From Candidatus Krumholzibacteriia bacterium (GTDB lineage: Bacteria > Krumholzibacteriota > Krumholzibacteriia > JAJRXK01): a stretch of DNA of 64,000 nt. Of this stretch, positions 60,369-64,000 are shown one piece after another. The notes under the pieces were generated by a model, which searched no databases, was not told the origin of the DNA, and saw only the letters and a program-made list of their open reading frames with translations. The position numbers and the translations under genes are program-made. How positions within the stretch are numbered: position 1 is the stretch's first letter; every line of letters begins with the position of its first letter. The stretch is taken from contig JBGPIA010000002.1 of assembly GCA_041484665.1 (NCBI GenBank), positions 704,001-768,000 of the forward strand, given 5' to 3'.

Positions 60369-60625
60369 GACCCAATTCGTTCCGCAGGGCAGCAGCCCCG
60401 CGTACTTCCTTGCACGCCCGGCCCGCGCAGCTTCGCGCGATCATCGATCCGACCCGCCGACTCCCGACCCTGCCTCAGCGCACCAGCCGGTAACGCCTGA
60501 GGCATTCGCCGCTGGTCTGTGACATAATGGCCCTACGACGCGGTCTGGGCTCTGCCGTCGGTACCGGCTGGCACCAGGCACCGCCGCCTCTGCATGCGGA
60601 GTCCCCCGCCCGGACCGAAGCCCCT

Positions 60626-62305
60626 ATGCACCTGGATGCTTGCCTGCGTTGGAGCGGCACCGCGGCCGCACTCCGGACCATCGCGCTGGTGCTTGCGTTG
60701 GCATTGCCGGCGGGGGGCCAAGCGCTGGCCCCGCCGGCCTATCCGCTGGCGCTCTCGGCCGATGGTCACCACATCGTCGACCAGACCGGCCGCGCCGTGT
60801 TCTTCAACGCAGACTCTCCGTGGCACATCCTGCCGCGGCTGACGCGTGAGGACACGCAGCTGTATCTGGACAACCGCCAGCAGAAGGGGTTCAACGCCAT
60901 CGTCGTGTCGCTGGTGGTGCGGGACGGCTTCCCCGGCGGCACCGGCACCAACGCCTACGGCGCGCCACCGTTTCTGGTCCCCGGGGACTTCGCGACCCCC
61001 AACGAGGCCTATTTCGCGCACGTCGACTGGGTGCTGCAGCAGGCCAACCAGAGGGGCATCACGGTGTTTCTCTTCCCGGCGTTGGTCGGCTACATCTGCA
61101 GCGCCGAGGGCTGGTGCCAGATCATGCAGCAGAACGGCGATGCGAAGATGCGCGACTGGGGCCGCTGGGTGGGCAACCGGTACAAGAACCAGCCCAACAT
61201 CGTCTGGGTGCACGGCGGCGACGTGGATGCCGCCGCGTACGGCGCCCTGGACGAGGTCGACGCGGTCGCGGAGGGCATCCTGGAGATGGACCGCAACCAC
61301 CTGCACACCGCCAACTGCAACCGGTTCAACTCGGCCTTGGACTGCTACAACCGCCCTTGGCTGGACTTCAACACCACATACGGCGACTGCACGCGGACGC
61401 CGCGTGAGGTGATCACCGACTACCAGCGCCCCACCCCCGTGCCCAGCCTGTACATCGAGGGCCGCTACGAGTACGAGCGGGACTGGACCGACCGCTGCTT
61501 GCGCAGCCAGGCATACTGGGCGGCCCTGGGCGGCATGACCGGGCACTGCTTCGGCAGCGGTCGCATCTGGGACTTCGTGGCGGGCTGGCGGACGGCGATG
61601 GGCTCACCGGGCTCGTTGTCGATGGACATCTTCGGCCGACTGCTGCGCTCGCGGCCGTGGGCGCTTCTGGTCCCCGACTACGCGCACGCGGTGCTCACCA
61701 GCGGATATGGGGACATCGACACCGCCGACTATGCGTCCGCCGCGCGCGCATCGGACGGCAGCACGATCGTGGTCTTCACCCCCACGCAGCGGGCTCTGAC
61801 CATCGCCATGGGCCGGATCACAGGCAGCACGGCCGTCGCGTGGTGGTTCGACCCGGTTAGGGGGGTGGCCAGCGCCGCAGGCACCTTTCCCACCACCGGC
61901 TCACGGGCTTTCACCCCGCCAACCGCCGCGGAATGGGTCCTGGTGGTCGACAACCAGGCCGCGGGCTTCGCTCCCCCGGGCCAGGGCGAGTGGCAGGTGA
62001 CGGGCGTCGCGCCCGCTCCCGCACGGCGCAGTTTCGTGCTGGAGCAGAACCATCCCAACCCGTTCAACCCGCAGACGACCATCCGGTACACGCTAGCGCA
62101 CGACGGCCGCGCGGTGCTGCGGATTTTCGACGCGACGGGAGCGCTGGTGCGGACGCTCGTGGACGTGAACCAGGCTGTGGGCGAGCAGGTGGTCTCGTGG
62201 GATGGCCGAACTGACCGCGGGGGCAGCGCTGCGAGCGGCGTGTACTTCTACCAGCTAGAGGCGGACGGATCCGTGCAGGCACGGAAAATCGTGCTGCTCC
62301 GGTAG
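60626..62305 (+). CDS. DUF4038/apiosidase-like glycoside hydrolase with collagen-binding-like and FlgD-like domains
   Basis: VDQTGRAVFFNADSPW, YLDNRQQKGFNAI, PNEAYFAHVD, NIVWVHGGD, EGRYE, WWFDP; C-terminal LEQNHPNPFNP..SGVYFYQL. Confidence 0.82.
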   Translation: MHLDACLRWSGTAAALRTIALVLALALPAGGQALAPPAYPLALSADGHHIVDQTGRAVFFNADSPWHILPRLTREDTQLYLDNRQQKGFNAIVVSLVVRDGFPGGTGTNAYGAPPFLVPGDFATPNEAYFAHVDWVLQQANQRGITVFLFPALVGYICSAEGWCQIMQQNGDAKMRDWGRWVGNRYKNQPNIVWVHGGDVDAAAYGALDEVDAVAEGILEMDRNHLHTANCNRFNSALDCYNRPWLDFNTTYGDCTRTPREVITDYQRPTPVPSLYIEGRYEYERDWTDRCLRSQAYWAALGGMTGHCFGSGRIWDFVAGWRTAMGSPGSLSMDIFGRLLRSRPWALLVPDYAHAVLTSGYGDIDTADYASAARASDGSTIVVFTPTQRALTIAMGRITGSTAVAWWFDPVRGVASAAGTFPTTGSRAFTPPTAAEWVLVVDNQAAGFAPPGQGEWQVTGVAPAPARRSFVLEQNHPNPFNPQTTIRYTLAHDGRAVLRIFDATGALVRTLVDVNQAVGEQVVSWDGRTDRGGSAASGVYFYQLEADGSVQARKIVLLR

Positions 62306-62819
62306 TGCCGGCTTACTCCATGGGGCTTTGTGCACCCTGACTGACGCACGGCATGTGCGACATGCAGCAGTGCGCGCTACTTCTTGCTGCCGAACCGGCC
62401 CTTGAGGCCGCCCACGCTGGAGCTGGCCGCTGGCACGGGGCCGGTCGGAATGCTGCCCAGGTAGTGGGCGCCGCCCATCGACCACAGACACGCCTGCACA
62501 TTACTTGACGACCCGTTCACGTCGAGCGCGTATACACCGCAGTCTTGGGTCAGCGCTAGGAACTCAAACCGTGAGCGTGTGACCGACCGCATCGTAGAGC
62601 ACCCTGATCTCGTCCATCCTGTCTCTCCGCCCTCGATCGAATCGGTGGTGTCCACCGCTGCACTTTCACGCTCGAGCTGCGTCGCAGCGGCGCGATCCGG
62701 CAATCCCTTCGCGCGAGAGAACTTCGCTTTGTGCCGAACACGCCCTCTTGGTAGAGTCCACATAGCCTTGGAGTCCAGTACCCGTCGCTCTGGCAGACGA
62801 GGAGCGTGACCCCGGTCCG

Positions 62820-64000
62820 ATGAACGTCGGCGATATCGTTTCCCATTACAGAATCCTGGGCAAGCTCGGCCAGGGTGGGATGGGAGTCGTCTACAAGGCC
62901 GAGGACTTGAAGCTCGACCGCGCCGTCGCCCTGAAGTTCTTGCCGCCACACCTCGGTGCCGACGCATCCGCCAGAAGCCGTTTCGTTCAGGAAGCCAAGA
63001 CGGCCTCGGCGCTCGACCATCCGAACATCTGCACCATTTACGAGATCGACGCGACCGAGGACGGTCGCACTTTCATCGCTATGGCCTACTACGAAGGCGA
63101 GCCGCTCGACCGGAAGCTCGAGAACGGGCCGCTGTCCGTCGACGAGGCCATCCGCACGGCGGCACAGGTCGCGCGCGGCCTGGCCAGGGCGCACGCGCGC
63201 GGCATCGTGCATCGAGACATCAAGCCGGGAAACATCGTGGTCACCCGCGACGGCGAGGCCAAGATCCTGGACTTCGGGCTGGCCCGGCTGGTCGGAGTCG
63301 AGCACGCGACCGAGATTTCTTCGACCCTGGGAACGGTCGCGTACATGTCTCCCGAGCAGGCTCGGGGTGGCGACGTGGATCAGCGCACCGACCTCTGGTC
63401 GCTGGGGGTCGTGCTGTACGAAATGCTGACGGGGAAGCTCCCCTTCCGGGGCGAGCACCCGCAGGCGGTCATCTACTCCATCCTGAACGAAGCGCCGACC
63501 CCGATCTCGAGCCTGGCGCCATCCGTGCCGCGGGCGCTGCAAGCGATCGTCGACCAGGCTCTCTGCAAGGATCCCGCCGCGCGGCAACAGGGCGCCGATG
63601 CGTTGCGGTCGCAGCTCGCGGGGATGCTCGACGATCCGACGCTGTCGTTCGACACCGCACGACTGCGCCGCGCCGCGGCGCCATGGCGCCGAGCGCGTCG
63701 CTGGATCGTCCTCGGCTCGATCTTGGCTCTCGCTTTCGCCGGGAGCTTGGCCATGTGGAGGTTGCGAACTCCGTCCCAGGCGACGTCACCGGCTCCGGCG
63801 GCGACGAGCGTCGCGGTGTTCCCATTCTCGTACCGCGGCAGCGACGAGTTCCGCTATCTCGGCGAGGGCATCGTCGATCTCCTGAGCGCCAAGCTGGACG
63901 GAGCGGGCGCACTGCGCAGCATCGACCCGCGAGCCATCGCGGGGCTCGCCTCGCAGCGCCAGCTCGCCGGCGTCTTCGACCCGGGCGGCGCCCGACTCGC
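62820..64000 (+). CDS. Membrane Ser/Thr protein kinase with TolB-like domain (partial, runs off right edge)
   Basis: Manual translation from ATG 62820: MNVGDIVSHYRILGKLGQGGMGVVYKAED..VALKFL, HRDIKPGN, DFG, YMSPEQ, a TM helix, SVAVFPF. Absent from the ORF track because there is no stop in the window. Confidence 0.9.
   Translation, partial: MNVGDIVSHYRILGKLGQGGMGVVYKAEDLKLDRAVALKFLPPHLGADASARSRFVQEAKTASALDHPNICTIYEIDATEDGRTFIAMAYYEGEPLDRKLENGPLSVDEAIRTAAQVARGLARAHARGIVHRDIKPGNIVVTRDGEAKILDFGLARLVGVEHATEISSTLGTVAYMSPEQARGGDVDQRTDLWSLGVVLYEMLTGKLPFRGEHPQAVIYSILNEAPTPISSLAPSVPRALQAIVDQALCKDPAARQQGADALRSQLAGMLDDPTLSFDTARLRRAAAPWRRARRWIVLGSILALAFAGSLAMWRLRTPSQATSPAPAATSVAVFPFSYRGSDEFRYLGEGIVDLLSAKLDGAGALRSIDPRAIAGLASQRQLAGVFDPGGARL

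Overview
High-GC bacterial chromosome segment. Secreted proteins with FlgD/T9SS-like C-terminal domains, a C25 protease and TolB/TPR Ser/Thr kinases suggest an FCB-associated lineage such as Krumholzibacteriota, Eisenbacteria or Latescibacterota (inference only). Positions ~650-34250 form a large respiratory/extracellular-electron-transfer island with about 113 hand-counted heme-c motifs in ten cytochromes. It contains CbcL-like and ImcH-like inner-membrane cytochromes, a HybA/HybB(NrfD) pair with a lysine-less GcvH-like protein, a heme-bearing sensor kinase with a sigma-54 regulator, and a porin-cytochrome conduit operon behind a sigma-54 promoter. It also contains an OmcS-like hexaheme 'nanowire' gene in an osc-like cluster (NHL protein, beta-barrel, two lipoproteins, 42-heme cytochrome) and a Rieske/cytochrome b/decaheme complex. 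The right half holds a LeuD-LeuC-type fused dehydratase, an ECF sigma module, a C25 protease and tRNA-Glu. It also has an unusual SOS cassette: intact dinB, a catalytically dead and truncated DnaE-like protein, and lexA, with CAAAC-N4-GTTTG boxes in its promoter. A RelE-Phd fusion, several secreted enzymes and two Ser/Thr kinases complete the window. All family calls come from reading motifs by eye; no database searches were run.
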